Made by a program: the position numbers and the translations under genes
Notes under the pieces: generated by a model
Database searches by the model: none
The model's input: the letters and a program-made list of their open reading frames with translations, nothing else
Told to the model about the DNA's origin: nothing
Origin: Octopus vulgaris
Taxonomy: Eukaryota
DNA length: 64,000 nt
NCBI GenBank assembly: GCA_951406725.2
Contig: OX597831.1
Span: 31,992,001-32,056,000, forward strand
Direction of reading: 5' to 3'
Shown here: one piece after another, positions 1-12,676 of the stretch
Position numbering within the stretch: position 1 is the first letter of the stretch
Layout: each line of letters opens with the position of its first letter

Positions 1-322
1 TTGGTGACAAGAAGGACACTCAACTGTAGAAAATCTACCTTGACAGATTTCACCCAACCCACGAGAGCATAGAAACATGCACATTAGAATGATATACTTC
101 TATATATGTGTGTGTGTGTGTGTGTGTACTTGTTTATATCTGTGCTCTATAAATGTTGCTTGCTATGAGCTGTGTTATTGCCATCACATCTATCAACAGA
201 TCATCTGCTGGCTTTACACCTTCAAAAATATGTGAAGTAAGATACTTCCTACTCAAAAAGAAAGGTAAGTGTTAGCAGCAGGAAGAGTATCCAGCTGTAA
301 AACAGTGCTTCAGTATTATAAG

Positions 323-554
323 GTGGTGAGCTGGCAGAATCATTAGCACGTCGGACGAAATGCTTAGCGGTATTTCGGCTGCCGTTACGTTGTGAGTTCA
401 AATTCCGCCGAGGTCGATTTTTTGCCTTTCACCCTTTCGGGGTCAATAAATTAAGTACCAGTTATGCACTATGGTCGATATAATCGACTTAATACCTATG
501 TCTGTCCATGTTTGTCCCCTCTATGTTTAGCCCCTTGTGGGTAATAAAGAAATA
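323..554 (+). mobile_element. tRNA-derived SINE (family A, Meta-domain-like core), full length, nested in an older RTE-tail repeat
   Basis: A-box TGGCAGAATCATT and B-box GAGTTCAAATTCC; central GCCTTTCACCCTTTCGGGGTCAATAAATTAAGTACCAG; 11-bp target-site duplication AGTATTATAAG at 312-322 and 555-565; many other copies in the window. Confidence 0.9.
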
Positions 555-961
555 AGTATTATAAGCCTCTAATCTATGCTAGCATGGAAAAACAGACTTA
601 AAACAGATGGATGAACAAATATTAGATGTGTTGGATGAAAAGACAGGACAACATTATGAAAAGAAATAAGTATTAAATAAAAAACAGTAAATGTTTTGGA
701 GGATGGGTCTTCTTGAGTACAATAATGTGCCATATATCTCGGTCCTTTGTCATCTCCTTCGTAAATCTCAGCATTTTAAGATCAGCCTTAAATACTTTGT
801 CCTGTGTCTACCTGAGTCTCCTTCTTCTACAACTTCTGGGGAAAAATGAAAGAAAGAGGGACTCAAGGCAACGAATCAGGTTTCTGTAAGAAGCCTTCAA
901 AACTTTAGGTTGCATGGAGTCAAAACTTCAAACTTTGGGTTGTATGAGGCCAAACCAAGTG

Positions 962-1105
962 GTTTTCACTTTCCACCTGCCAAATCTGCTCATAAGGCTT
1001 TGGTTGGCTCAGGGCTATAATTGAATTCACCAAAGATGTCATGCAATGGGATTGAACCCAAGACCACATGATTAGGGAGCTTCTTAATCATACAGCCATG
1101 CCTGT
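962..1105 (-). mobile_element. CORE-like tRNA SINE (family B), 5' part, diverged
   Basis: Reverse complement matches the head of the copies at 16735 and 62785. Confidence 0.7.
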
Positions 1106-1459
1106 GACTGTAATTGAAAAGTTTACCAAAATAGCAGAATCTGAGGAAATTAATTCATGTTTTGTGTCTGTAGACAATTATAGAAATAGTTGAAACAGTG
1201 GAATGAATTTTATTCTGTGAAGAGGAAGAGATGTCAAGGTGTCTAACATTAGAGGTGGAATTACAGAATGGTGCCACCCACCTCCAAGTCAGATAGAAAT
1301 AAAATGTCAACTTAATCTTTAGTTTAGAATATGGTAAAAATTAATGTTAGGTGGGCAGAGAATGGAGATAAGGAAAGAAATTAAGAATCTCTGTGACTTA
1401 TTTTGTTCAGATAAACCAAAACAGATCTAATTCTTCTTGTGGTGGTATCATTGGTAACT

Positions 1460-2060
1460 GAGTCAGCTCTGATGAAGTAAACCTATGATCAAAGACATCC
1501 CAGTCATGACCATCCTGTCTTCTTCCTACATGCAAGATACCCAGGACTAAATTAGTCAATGTATCTGTTTTAAGGGAAATTTAACTGCTATTTCTAGCAA
1601 GTCGAATGACCACATAAAGGTTTTTTGTTTCAGTCATTCATAATTGTGTGCATAATGTTGTTTAACCCTAGGTCAGTGCTCATTCGTTTGTCAATATAGC
1701 TTTATCTAAGATGATAGGATTTGATTTGATTCAATAGTCAAGTGACCACATAAAGGTTCCTTCCTCAATTCAAGCACGAGGAATCATGGAATCATTTGTG
1801 CAGTGTTGTCGTTTTTTAACCCAAGGTCAGTATTCATCAAGTGGATCTGATTGATCACAGACAACTCAGTCATGACTATCCTGTCATATCTCAGAATCTC
1901 TTTCTCACTCTTAGCTCATTCTTTGTTGTTGTTTAACACCAGATGGAACCAGATGAGCAGTACTATGATCAATACTCTAACCAAAGGCATTCCAACAGTG
2001 ACCATCCTGTTTATTATTCAGACATAGTGTATCTAGGGCTACATTATCTAACTTGTTTGA
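1460..2060 (-). mobile_element. Cluster of about 4 diverged fragments of SINE-like family C (3' end ...GGGGCTAAACAACAAC)
   Basis: Recurring TTTAACCCxAGGTCAG / TATGATCAAAGGCATTCCAG / ATGACCATCCTGT blocks; related copies at 4085-4280, 10820-11205, 36880-37090, 38450-38625 and 56625-56790. Confidence 0.65.
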
Positions 2061-2216
2061 CAATCATGTATGTATAGTTGTGCGATAAGAAGTTAGCTTC
2101 CCAACCACAAATTTTCAGGTTGATTTTCACTGCATGGCACTACGGGCAAGTGTCTTTTACTTAAGCCTTGAGCCCTGTCAATAGATAGAAACTGAGAGAA
2201 GCTCATCATATATGTG

Positions 2217-3240
2217 CCATCACCATCATCATTTAATGTCCATTTTCCGTGCTGGTATGGATTAGACAGTTTGATGGGAACTGGTAAGCTGAAGGGATGC
2301 GCTAGGCTCCAGTCTGATTTTGGCTTGGTTTCTACAGCTGGATGCCCTTTCAAACATCAACCATGCCATAGCATGTAGTGGGTATCTTTTATGCATCACC
2401 GGCACAGCTGCCTTTTATGTGTCACTGGCACAGATGCCTTTTTTATATTGCCAAAAGTCTCAGTAACTTGTCATCACCTCCACGAAATTCAACATTCAAA
2501 GATCATATCATATTCTACTAGTTCATCCTATGTCTCCCTCTTCCATAGGATCTCTCCACAGTTAGAGATTGGTACTTCTTCACACAGCTGTCCTTGTCCA
2601 TATGCATCACATGACCAATGCAGACTTCTCTCTTGCACACTACATCTGATGCCTCTTAAACCCATTTTTTCTCTAAAAACACTTATATTCTTATTTCTTT
2701 ACTACCCACAATGGGCTAAACACAGAGAGGACAAACAAGGACAGACAAACGGATTAAGTCGATTACGTCGACCCCAGTGTGTTACTGGTACTTAATTTAT
2801 CGACCCCGAAAGGATGAAAGGCAAAGTCAACCTCGGCGGAATTTGAACTCAGAACGTAACGGCAGATGAAATACAGCTACGCATTTCGCCCGGCGTGCTA
2901 ACGATTCTACCAGCTCAACACCCTTCTGTCATACATGCACACTGACATTGCACATCCAACGGAACATGCTTGTGACATTTTTTTCAAGCCTTTACATGTC
3001 CTCTGCAGTCACAGCTCGTGTTCCACTGCCATGTAGCATGACTGTCTGCACACAGGTATCATACCATCTGCCTTTCACTCTGAGTGAGAGGCCCTTTGTT
3101 ACCAACAAAGGTAGAATCTCTCTGAACTTTTCCCAGCCTATTCTTATTCTAGCAGCTATGCTTTCAAGCATCCTTCTCCACTGCTGACTTGGTCGCCTAG
3201 GTAACAGAAGCTATCTATTACTTCTAAATATCCCCCTGTC
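2217..3240 (-). mobile_element. RTE-clade LINE 3' fragment (GAT tail, 3' UTR, decayed RT C-terminus) interrupted by a SINE
   Basis: Colinear with the 6324-7367 copy; minus-strand translation includes LEVIDSFCYLGDQVS, an RT C-terminal YLG motif. Confidence 0.85.
2690..2917 (-). mobile_element. tRNA-derived SINE family A, young copy inserted in the RTE fragment
   Basis: Reverse complement of the 323-554 element with CpGs retained. Confidence 0.9.
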
Positions 3241-3395
3241 TTCCAGTCTTCCATGAAAACATGACCAGCCACGGAGAAACATTGTTTTCTTTGGAAACAG
3301 GTGGGAGTGCGTGACAGGAAGAGCGTCCAGTCATTGAAAATATGCCTCAAAAGATCTTGTTTGACCCATGCAGACAAGCAAAAGTAGGTATTAAA

Positions 3396-3426
<31 letters not shown>

Positions 3427-4330
3427 CATACATTTGCATGTGCCCCTTTTGCAAATGTATGTTGGTGACGAATGTAGACACCACAGAGAAACTAACAAAC
3501 AAAACAACACAACAGAGATATGATAACAAAAAACCTGGAGCTGGTCAAAAGACTTTGTGATATTTGTTCTGCACAAATATGCAGGCACTCCCTTGTCAGT
3601 TGCTGTTAGAAATACAGCCAACCAGTGATTGGCTTGTGGGAAAGCTGTAACTAATAGTGCTATTTTTCAGGAACTATTGAATAGAATGTAAAATAAATAA
3701 AAATAACACAAGAGCCTTTTTTTTTCTCTTTAACCTAACATAGAAGGAGGTGCAGAGATAACCAGGAACCTGCAAGTATCCTAACCCTCTTCCCTCCTCC
3801 CATCCCACATGAATGAGTTGGAGCAAAAACAGCATAAAAGAAAGAATTTGGTTAATTTTTATCTTGTGATTTACGAGGTTACAACCTTGATTACTGGTTA
3901 TCTTACACACATGCAGAATACAATGATTGTGATGATGGTGATGATGATGTTGATGATTGTGGTGATGATGGTGATTATGATGATGATACTGCTGCTGCTG
4001 TTGTTGATGATGAAAGGGGGGGCAGAAAGTGGGTAAGTGGTTTGTGTATCGGTTGCAGAGTGGAAACTGTTATCAGGATGGAAGATGTTGTTATTTAGCC
4101 CCAGGTCAGCTCCAACCAAGCAGACCAATGATCAAAGACATTCCAGTCGCAACCATCCAGCTTTTTCCCTAATGTGTTTGAAACTCAAGCCTGTCTTATC
4201 TAACATGTCCTCTTCTAAAACAACAGCGTGTGATTTTTAGGGTATTTGGTCACTATTTCTAGCAGGTTGAGATACCACGAGGATGTTAATTTGGGGTGGC
4301 AGGAAATATCCTCGGGTATATATATTCTTC

Positions 4331-5125
4331 TAAAGGGTATTTGGGCTAAATTTGTTAATTTGCAGAAAAGGAAAAGAAAACACATCATCTGAAAATAAAA
4401 GTATTTAAGAAAAAATTTTAAAATATGGCTGGGAGATAACAGTTTATTCAAAATAACCATCCTTAGTTTTCCTCATGGCTTCAAGATGGCCCTGGTGCAT
4501 GCATTTTTCACTTGGGTCTTGGGAAGATCTTTGAATCTCTCCATGATCTTGACCACCAGCTCAGTCTTGGTGAATAGTTGGTGTTTTCCCCATGGAATTA
4601 TAACCAAGGGAATTACAAGGCCAGAAATTAGGCGACAGCTGAAATCATAGAAATTCTCTGACACCCTCTTCTGACTCTTTCTATAGGTATAGCAAAGTGC
4701 CAAGTCCTGTATCCACACATATAACCATCCAGCAAAAACTATCCAGCTAGGGTCTGACTGCAGTCTCTAGTAGCTGTACTATGTTCAAAGATATGGGGTG
4801 GCATGACATACCTTCACTAGAGACACACCCCAAAATTATCACAATCTGGGGAAACTTGGTTTTCATGATGTCCATGTCATATCTTTCTGCCTTTACAATG
4901 TCCACAGAGCATTGAGCAGTAGTCATGGCAACAGCATTTTGATGCCTGGCAAGAATAATCACCAATACTCAGGTGGCTTCCAGTCCTCCATGTCAGCTAA
5001 CTTTTTCTCAACTAAAACTTTAATCCTTATGCTCTCCAACATCATTGACTGTTCACCAATATATGAAACTTTTCCTGAAAAACAAGAGACACAAAAATTG
5101 CCAAATTTCGCTTGAACACTTTGTA
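4331..5125 (-). mobile_element. Decayed Tc1/mariner DNA transposon (spacing compatible with DD37D/maT)
   Basis: Minus-strand peptides KTKFPQIVIILGCVSSEG, WIQDLALCYT (QQDxAPxH motif) and WPCNSLGYNSMG (WPPNSPDLNPxD motif); imperfect TIRs at about 4331-4361 and 5095-5125 bounded by TA. Confidence 0.85.
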
Positions 5126-5137
5126 TATACAATCAGG

Positions 5138-5490
5138 GTTTTACTTGTTTCAGGCATTAGACTGTGGCCATGCTGGGGCACTGCCTTGAAGAATTTTAGT
5201 GGAATGAATCAATCCCAGTACTTACATTTTACAGCCTGGTACTTATTCTATTGGTCTCTTTTGCTGAACTGCTAAGTTATGGGAATGTAAACACACCAAC
5301 ACCTGTAAGTGGTAATGGGGAACAAACATACACACACACACACTCACATATATACGACAAGCTTCTTTCAGTTTCTGTCTACCAAATCCACTCACAAGGC
5401 TTTGGTTGACCTGTGGCTATAGTAGAAGACACTAGCCCAAGGTGCCAGGCAGTGGGACTGAACCTAGAAGCATATGGCCAAGAAGCAAAG
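5138..5490 (-). mobile_element. CORE-like tRNA SINE family B
   Basis: Matches 8605-8998, 16735-17130, 55745-56192 and 62785-63185; internal (CA)n. Confidence 0.85.
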
Positions 5491-6323
5491 TTCAACAACT
5501 GCTTGCCCCAGTAAAATCACTGAGTTGGAATGAATTTGAGAAAAGAAAAGTGTGGCCAACACAGTTGATAGTCTGCTAATTGGTGAAAAAAATCTCAATA
5601 TAACGGTGTCCAGTAATTATGTTGCCTTTAATTTGATAATTAAAATGGGATTAGGAAAACATAAAAATCACCACCACCAGCATCATCATCACTACCACCA
5701 CCACCACCACCACCACTGCTCTGTGACCAAATCCTATTTGTCTTTCACTTCCTATCCCAGAAACTGCATCCTCCTCAGTCCTCATTTCTAATCATCTCCT
5801 AAACTAACACACTTACCTACCCACCCACCTTTTCTGTTCCTCTATCCTTATTCTCTCTCTCTCTCTCTCTCCCCTTTTTGTATTTGTATTTTGTACCTTC
5901 GCAGTTCTCTCTTACCAGCTCTCTATGTCTCTTTCCAACTGGGGAAGCCATGTATTCACACCACTTCAGCAAGACCTCAGTTCCTGTTCCATTATTATAC
6001 CTTCATATTCTTCAATATTAAACTCACCCAGTTGAGGAGTCTTGTCTTGCAAGTGACTTGGTGACTTCACTAGTGCTGGTGCCACAAGAGAAGCATCCAG
6101 TACACTCTGTAAAGTGGTTGGCATTAGGAAGGACATCCAGCCATAGAAACCATGCTAAAGCAGGAAATTGGAAGCAAACATAGCTCTCAGAGTTATTGGT
6201 TTCTCCCAAACAGTCGAACCCATGTTAGCATTGAAAAAGGGCTGCTGCTGCTGCTGATATATATATATATATGTATATTAAATTAATAATAATATATACA
6301 ACTATATTAATTATTAATTTAAT

Positions 6324-7367
6324 ATCATCATCATCAATATCATTGTTTAATGTCCGCTTTCCATGCTAGCATGGGTTGGATGATTTGACTGAGGACTGGC
6401 AAACCAGATGGCTGCACCAGGCTCCAATCTTGATCTGGTAGAGTTTCTACAACAGGATGCCCTTCCTGATGCCAATCACTCCGAGAGTGTAGTTGGTGCT
6501 TTTACGTGCCATTCAGGTGGTACTGGCAATGACCTTGCTCAGATGTTTTTTCACATGCCACAGGCACAGGTGCCAGTAAGGCGACACTGGTAACACTCAC
6601 GCTCGAATGGTGCCTTTAACCATTCGAAGCTAGTTAGCCGCTTTGGCAACGATCATGCTCGGATGGTGCTCTTAGCACCCCACTAGCACGAATGCCAGTC
6701 ATCGAATTTGATTTCAATTTCACTTGCCTCAACAGGTCTTCGCAAGTAGAGTTTAGTGTCCAATGAAGGAAAAGTACGCATAAATGGGCTGGTTACACCC
6801 CTGGCATAAGTCACGAGGTTATGGTCTCATTTGGCTTGCCGGGTCTTCTCAAGCATAGCATATTTCCAAAAGTCTCAGTCACTAATCATTGCCTCAGTGA
6901 AGCCTAATGTTTGATAGTTGTTCTTCACCACTTCATCCCAGGTCTTCCTGGGTCTACCTCCTCCACAGGTTCCCTCAACCGCTAGGGTGTGGCACTTTTT
7001 CACACAGCTATCCTCATCCATTCTTGCCACATGACCATACCAGTGCAGTCGTCTCTCTTGCACACCACATCGGATGCTTCTTAGGTCCTACTTTTCTCTC
7101 AAGGTACTTACACTCTGTCGGGTATGCACACTGACATTACACATCCATCGGATCATACTGGCTTCATTCCTTGCGAGCATATGCATGTCCTCAGCAGTCA
7201 CGGCCTATGTTTCACTGCCATGTAGCATGGCTGTTCATACACATGCGTCATACAGTCTACCTTTTACCCTGAGCGAGAGGCCCTTTGTCACCAGCAGCGG
7301 TAAGAGCTCTCAGAACTTTGCCCAGGATATTCTTATTCTAGCAGCTACACTTTCAGCACACCCTCCT
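6324..7367 (-). mobile_element. 5'-truncated RTE-clade LINE with 3' UTR and (GAT)n tail
   Basis: ORF 6875-7063 QERRLHWYGHVARMDEDSCVKKCHTLAVEGTCGGGRPRKTWDEVVK matches the typical RTE ORF C-terminus (WxGHVxRM...GRPRKTW). Confidence 0.9.
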
Positions 7368-7446
7368 AATATATAAATTGCTTATAAAATTTTATTCCAT
7401 GCTGACTACCTCATAATAATCATTGACATGATTTTTATCCTTATTT

Positions 7447-7483
<37 letters not shown>

Positions 7484-8070
7484 TCATACAGACATGTATA
7501 CATGTAATTGCATTATTATTTATGTGCATATATATACACACACATATGTAATATATACACACATGTACACACACACACACAGACACGTTTAGTTATATCT
7601 TATGACTGATAAATTCTGAGATCCTTTCTACATTTTCTCAGTTCATTTTTGTGAGTTATTTATTTTTTTTTATAACTTTTCACTTTTTTTCTGTTTGAGA
7701 TATCAGCAATCTTGTAGCTTAGTCAACCTTTTAAACATTTACAATCAACTTGACACATCTTGACACTTCTACTGAAAAGAAACAAGCAGGGCTTTGTTCA
7801 ATCAGCTCCATGCCTCTCTTCCATTTTAGTTCTCAGAACAGAGGAGGTGGGGCGGGGCTTACATGTTGAGATAGAAGTGGATAAACAACTAAAGAAAATA
7901 TAATAAATGTTCCAATGATATCACAATATATACATACACACATACTTATGTGTGTGCATGTATGTATGTGTATGAAAGAGGCCTGTCATATGTGTGTGTG
8001 TGTGTGTATTACTGTCATGTAGCCTTGACATTGTGTGATTGTTCTAAAATGTGTGTGGCCTTCATTACCA

Positions 8071-8435
8071 ATCATCATCATTGTCTAACGTTTGCATTCC
8101 ATGATGGCATGTGTTGGACGGTTTCACTGAGGGCTGGCAAGCCAGAAGGCTGCACCAGGCTCCAATCCGATCTAGCAAAGTTTCTACAGCTGGATGCCCT
8201 CCCTAACGCCAACTACTCCAAGAGTGCAGTGGATGCTTTTTACATGCCACCAGTACGAGGGCCAGTCAGGTGGAACTGGCAACGACCATGCTTGAATGGT
8301 GCTTTTTACATGCCACTGCCATGGGACTAGTCAGCCAGCACTGGCATCGATCACGTTCGAATGGTGCTTTTAACATGCCACCGACACAGGACCAGTCAGG
8401 CAGCACTGATATTGACCATGCTTGAATGGTGCTTT
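8071..8435 (-). mobile_element. RTE 3' UTR/tail fragment
   Basis: Same GGATGCCCTTCCTAACGCCAACCACTCC block as 6324-6600, 15231-15465 and 52775-53412. Confidence 0.8.
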
Positions 8436-8604
8436 TTCCAATTTTCTGTGAAAAATATGTCTTGCCATCAAGAAATATTACCTCATTTGGAAACAGGTGA
8501 GGGTTGGTGACAAGAAGGGTAGCATTGAAAATCTGCCTTGACAAATTCTGTCCAACCCATGTGAGCATGGAAAAGTAATGATGATAATATATATATATTT
8601 TCTT

Positions 8605-8998
8605 TAATTCTTTTACTTGTTTCAGTCATTTGACTGTAGCCATGCTGGAGCACCGCATTTAGTTGAACAAATCAACCCCAGGACTTATTCTGTGTAAGTG
8701 TAGTACTTACTTTATCATTCACTTTTTGCCGAACTGCTAAATTACGCAGACATAAACACACCAACATCAGTTGTCAAGCAATGGTAGGAGGACAAACACA
8801 GATACATACACACACACAAATACATACATATATATATGTATATGACAGGCTTCTTTCAATTTCTATCTACCAAATCCATTCACAAGGCTGTGGTTGACCC
8901 AAGACTATAGTAATAGACACTAGCTCAAGGTGTTACGCAATGGGACTGAACCTGAAACCATGTGGTTGGGAAGTAAGCTTCTTACCACACAGCCACGT
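8605..8998 (-). mobile_element. CORE-like tRNA SINE family B, full length
   Basis: Reverse complement of the 16735-17130 copy. Confidence 0.85.
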
Positions 8999-9159
8999 CT
9001 GTATATATACATATATACTAATATACTTGCTTTTGTTTTTCTACCAATTTCTACTAATATACTGTCTTTTGTTTTTCTACCAATTTCAACTATATATATA
9101 TATGTATGTATTTACACCCACATATATATATGTCCTTTTTCCCTTTCTCAAAAGTGGAA

Positions 9160-9480
9160 CAGCTTAACTGAATTGCACTTTGCCAGGATGGATGGCCAGC
9201 AGTTTCTGTTTCCCAAGTGTTAAGGTTGATTCCAGTTTGAAGGAGGGAATACTTCTGTTGGTCTTTGAATTTACATTTTTCGGCTCCTCGATGTTGTTTG
9301 CTGTTGATGACCTCACTGTAAAGGATGGTCCAAAGGAATCTTGAAGTGGCCATTCAGATGGCATGACCTGACAACTTGAGGTGATCAATGCCTGAGACTG
9401 TTCCATTCCCAACTTGGCCTTCTGAGTCACATCAGGTTTAAGCATCATGGAGGCACCAGATGAACCAAACTCAGACATGA
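9160..9480 (-). mobile_element. Old RTE-clade LINE ORF fragment (second subfamily)
   Basis: Minus-strand reading HLKLSGHAI*MATSRFLWTILYSEV...HRGAEKCKFKDQ...GINLNTWETETAGHPSWQSAI fits the RTE pattern W.GH..RM...R....LY.EL..G.R..G....RFKD...W. Confidence 0.75.
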
Positions 9481-9829
9481 GTGGTGCTGCTGCTGATATG
9501 CATATGTTTATATATCAATCTCTGTTGATTCACCAGGAATAATAAATTACAGAACTTTATATATAAATGTAGAGGGTTCTTCTAAAACGTTACAACTGAA
9601 AGGTTCTCAACTGCAGTTCTCCGAGTTACACATATCTGATTCTTCAAATGGTAATCCAAACCAGATTTCCCTTGAGATATCTGTCATTTCAATGTATTTT
9701 CAATATTATTTGGAAGTTATGAAGAAAACACTTATCTTTATCTTTACATTCCTTTTAAAAAAATCTTGTGAACAACAAATGTAAAAATGGCTGCTTCAAG
9801 TTCTGTTCTGTATTTTAGAAATGAGGAAC

Positions 9830-10094
9830 TCTGTACATTATTTACATTATATACATTGGATGGATGTGTCCTCATCTTGTTTGTTGCTACCACGTTTTGG
9901 CTGATTTACTCTCCAGCCTTCATCAGGTGTCCTGGTAGAATTTTTAGCCCAACCCGGGTATTATTTTGCTGCTGCTGCTGTTGTTGTTGTTGTTGTTCTT
10001 CTTCTTCTTGTTCATTCAAGGCACTGCTTGGAATTGAACTCAAAATCTTGAGGTTAGTAGCCCATGCTCTTAACTATTAAATAATAATAATAAC

Positions 10095-10141
<47 letters not shown>

Positions 10142-10305
10142 TAATAATAATATCAGTAAAAATACCTTAGGAATGCAAACCCAGGATTGGGTTCAAAATT
10201 CGACCAGGACATCTGATGAAGGTTGGAGAGTAAATCAGCCGAAACGTTGTGGTAATAACAAACAAGATGAGGACACATATCCGTCCAATGTAAATAATGT
10301 AAATA
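9830..10305. mobile_element. Inverted pair of Penelope/retrozyme-like units, each with a minimal hammerhead motif
   Basis: Arms at about 9830-9960 and 10175-10305 are reverse complements; plus copy has CTGATGA 10213-10219, GGTTG/CAGCC stem and GAAACGTT 10241-10248; same family as 31377-31863. Confidence 0.8.
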
Positions 10306-10819
10306 ATGGTTGCTTCAAGTTCATGTTTTTCTTTTCATTTCTGGTTGTCATTGGAATATTTCAAAGATCTTAAACTTCAAACAAGTGAGGTCACTCTAAT
10401 AAATTTCCTTATGAAATTGTATTGTAGTTTAAATAATATTTTAATCTGCTTAGCCATATCCAGCCAAAATATTTCATTTATTTTATGTTCAAACTGGTCA
10501 AATACAGGCTCTTACATCTACCCTATAATGTCATAGTATATGAAAGTAAACAATCTCATAATTGAAATCTCAAAGCTACAAGACAATGCAGAATTAATTC
10601 CAAACAATATGAATAGAAAAAGCAATACACGCCTGTGTTTAATGATTTCTTATATATGTTTAAGGCCATATATTTTGTGGGTGACATCAACCCTGGAAGG
10701 ATCAACAGCAAGGTTGACTTTGGTGAGATTAGAACTTGGAAGACACATAACTACTGCAAGGAACTTTTTTTTTGAATTTTTACCAATTCCACCACTGTTT
10801 GCTACTATTTTCATAGAGG

Positions 10820-11205
10820 TGCCAATGAGAGAACCTTTACGTGTAGTTGCTTAACATGCTAGAAATAACAACCAAATCTCATTCTACTGTTTTAAAAAGA
10901 AAAAGAATAGATTTCATACATGGTTGCTTAACATGCAAAAAATAGCAACCATATCTCCCTCAAATCACTCTCTACTGTCTAAACAGACAAAAAAGAGAGA
11001 GCCTTAACAAATGGTTGTATAACACGCTAGGAATAATAGTCAAACCTCCTCACATCACACCCAACTGTTTTAAAACAAAAATAGAAAGAGAACAATGGAT
11101 AAAGTAATTTTATATATACAAAATTCCGGATGGTCAAGGCTGGAAAGCCTTTGATTATAGGTCTGCTCATTTAGAGTGAACCTAGGGCTACACAACAATA
11201 ACAAC
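10820..11205 (+). mobile_element. SINE-like family C with internal triplication
   Basis: Three copies of the GTTGCTTAACATGCTAGAAATA...AAATC unit, then GGATGGTCAAGGCTGGAAAGCCTTTGAT...GGGCTACACAACAA. Confidence 0.7.
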
Positions 11206-11254
11206 TACTTTGACACACACATACACAACAAAAAAATCTCTAAATAGATACATA

Positions 11255-11305
<51 letters not shown>

Positions 11306-11411
11306 CCTTTCTACTATAGGCACAAGGCCTGAAATTTTGGGGGAGGGGACTAGTCAATTACATTAGGGAGGGGGAACTATTACTGGTACTTAATTTATCA
11401 ACTCCGAAAGG

Positions 11412-11458
<47 letters not shown>

Positions 11459-11479
11459 AATGGGGCAGTACCTACATTA

Positions 11480-11920
11480 GAACATCTGTTGTCATTCTGA
11501 CATTTCCCTTCTTAAAAACTGGTATGAATACCACCTGAACCAAGTGACAGAGGATAATAGAGATACTATTTTGTGGGACTCTACCAACCATACTGTTAAT
11601 ATACATGATATCATAATCAAAGATCTTCAATAAAATGCTTTCTGTCAAGTAGATACGACAGTAGTAACTGATTGAAATATCTCAGCCAAAGAATTTGACA
11701 AGTTAGCTAAATATATGGACCTGGAGATAAAAATTAGTAGAATATAGAAATTCAAAACAGTTCCTGAACCAGTAATAGTAGGAGCAATAGGCATGGTTTA
11801 AAAAAAAATGGTCTTCAATCTTCATAGATAAAAGATCTGGGAAATCAAATATACATGATGTCCAAAAGATTGAACTAACCTCAAGGGCCTATCTCTTGAG
11901 GAAATGCCTCTTCTCATAAC
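11480..11920 (+). mobile_element. Dong/R4-clade non-LTR retrotransposon fragment (restriction-like endonuclease domain), decayed
   Basis: Translation TILWD...DIIIKD...NISAKEFDKLAKYMDLEIKISRI*KFKTVPEPVIVGAIGMV matches the R4/Dong C-terminal PD-(D/E)xK region; abuts (AAT)n. Confidence 0.8.
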
Positions 11921-11996
11921 ATAGTTAGGTGGAGATCTGGCTAGGAAGTAAAATGACTCCAAACCAAGCTAAAATATTATTATTATTATTATTATT

Positions 11997-12030
<34 letters not shown>

Positions 12031-12034
12031 GTTA

Positions 12035-12190
12035 TGAGCAAACTCCAGAAAGAATCACCGAAAAAGAAAATTGCAAAATCCTGTGGGATGCAATGATTCA
12101 GTGCGATCACCCAACCAGACATCGGAAACTGGACATGGTTGTGGTGAATAAAAAAAAAAAAAGAAAGAACATGCATGATAATCAACATAG
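12035..12190 (+). mobile_element. Dong/R4-clade fragment (endonuclease domain)
   Basis: EQTPERITEKENCKILWDAMIQCDHPTRHRKLDMVVVNKK...TCMIINIA; starts right after (AAT)n. Confidence 0.8.
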
Positions 12191-12510
12191 CCATGTGTTG
12201 AGAGGAATTCTTTAGGTTTTGAATAATTTACCTTTGGAAACATGGGTGTTTCGTTCGACATCCTCAAACAACTCTTATTCAGGGACCTTTTAAGTGGGCT
12301 GGGCTACTCAACCGGAAGAAAATTCTAATTGGGCCCCACCTGCAAGATCATGAGCTGTTCAGCTTGATATAAGGTCACCATGTTGTGCACATATGGTTGT
12401 GATGCATGTGCCTGGTGTACCGTTATCAAACAGGTAGTTATTATGAGCATATTGGGCTTTGCATATTTTACCCCAGTATCACTTTGATGGCATGCATTGC
12501 TCTCTCATTC
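12186..12510 (+). mobile_element. Non-coding interspersed element (family D), 5'-truncated, ending in (AAT)n
   Basis: Reverse complement of 12677-13001. Confidence 0.8.
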
Positions 12511-12547
<37 letters not shown>

Positions 12548-12676
12548 GTAATAAGACAGCCACAAGCTGATTTATTTTATGATTTCTAAAGACCTGTACA
12601 GAAAATCAAAATAGACAATCTCTAAAATATTAACATCATAGTTATTATCATCATCATCATTATTATTATTATTATT

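Noticed and set aside
9164-9478. 104-aa Ser-rich ORF as a host exon
   Set aside because: An overlapping frame carries RTE C-terminal motifs
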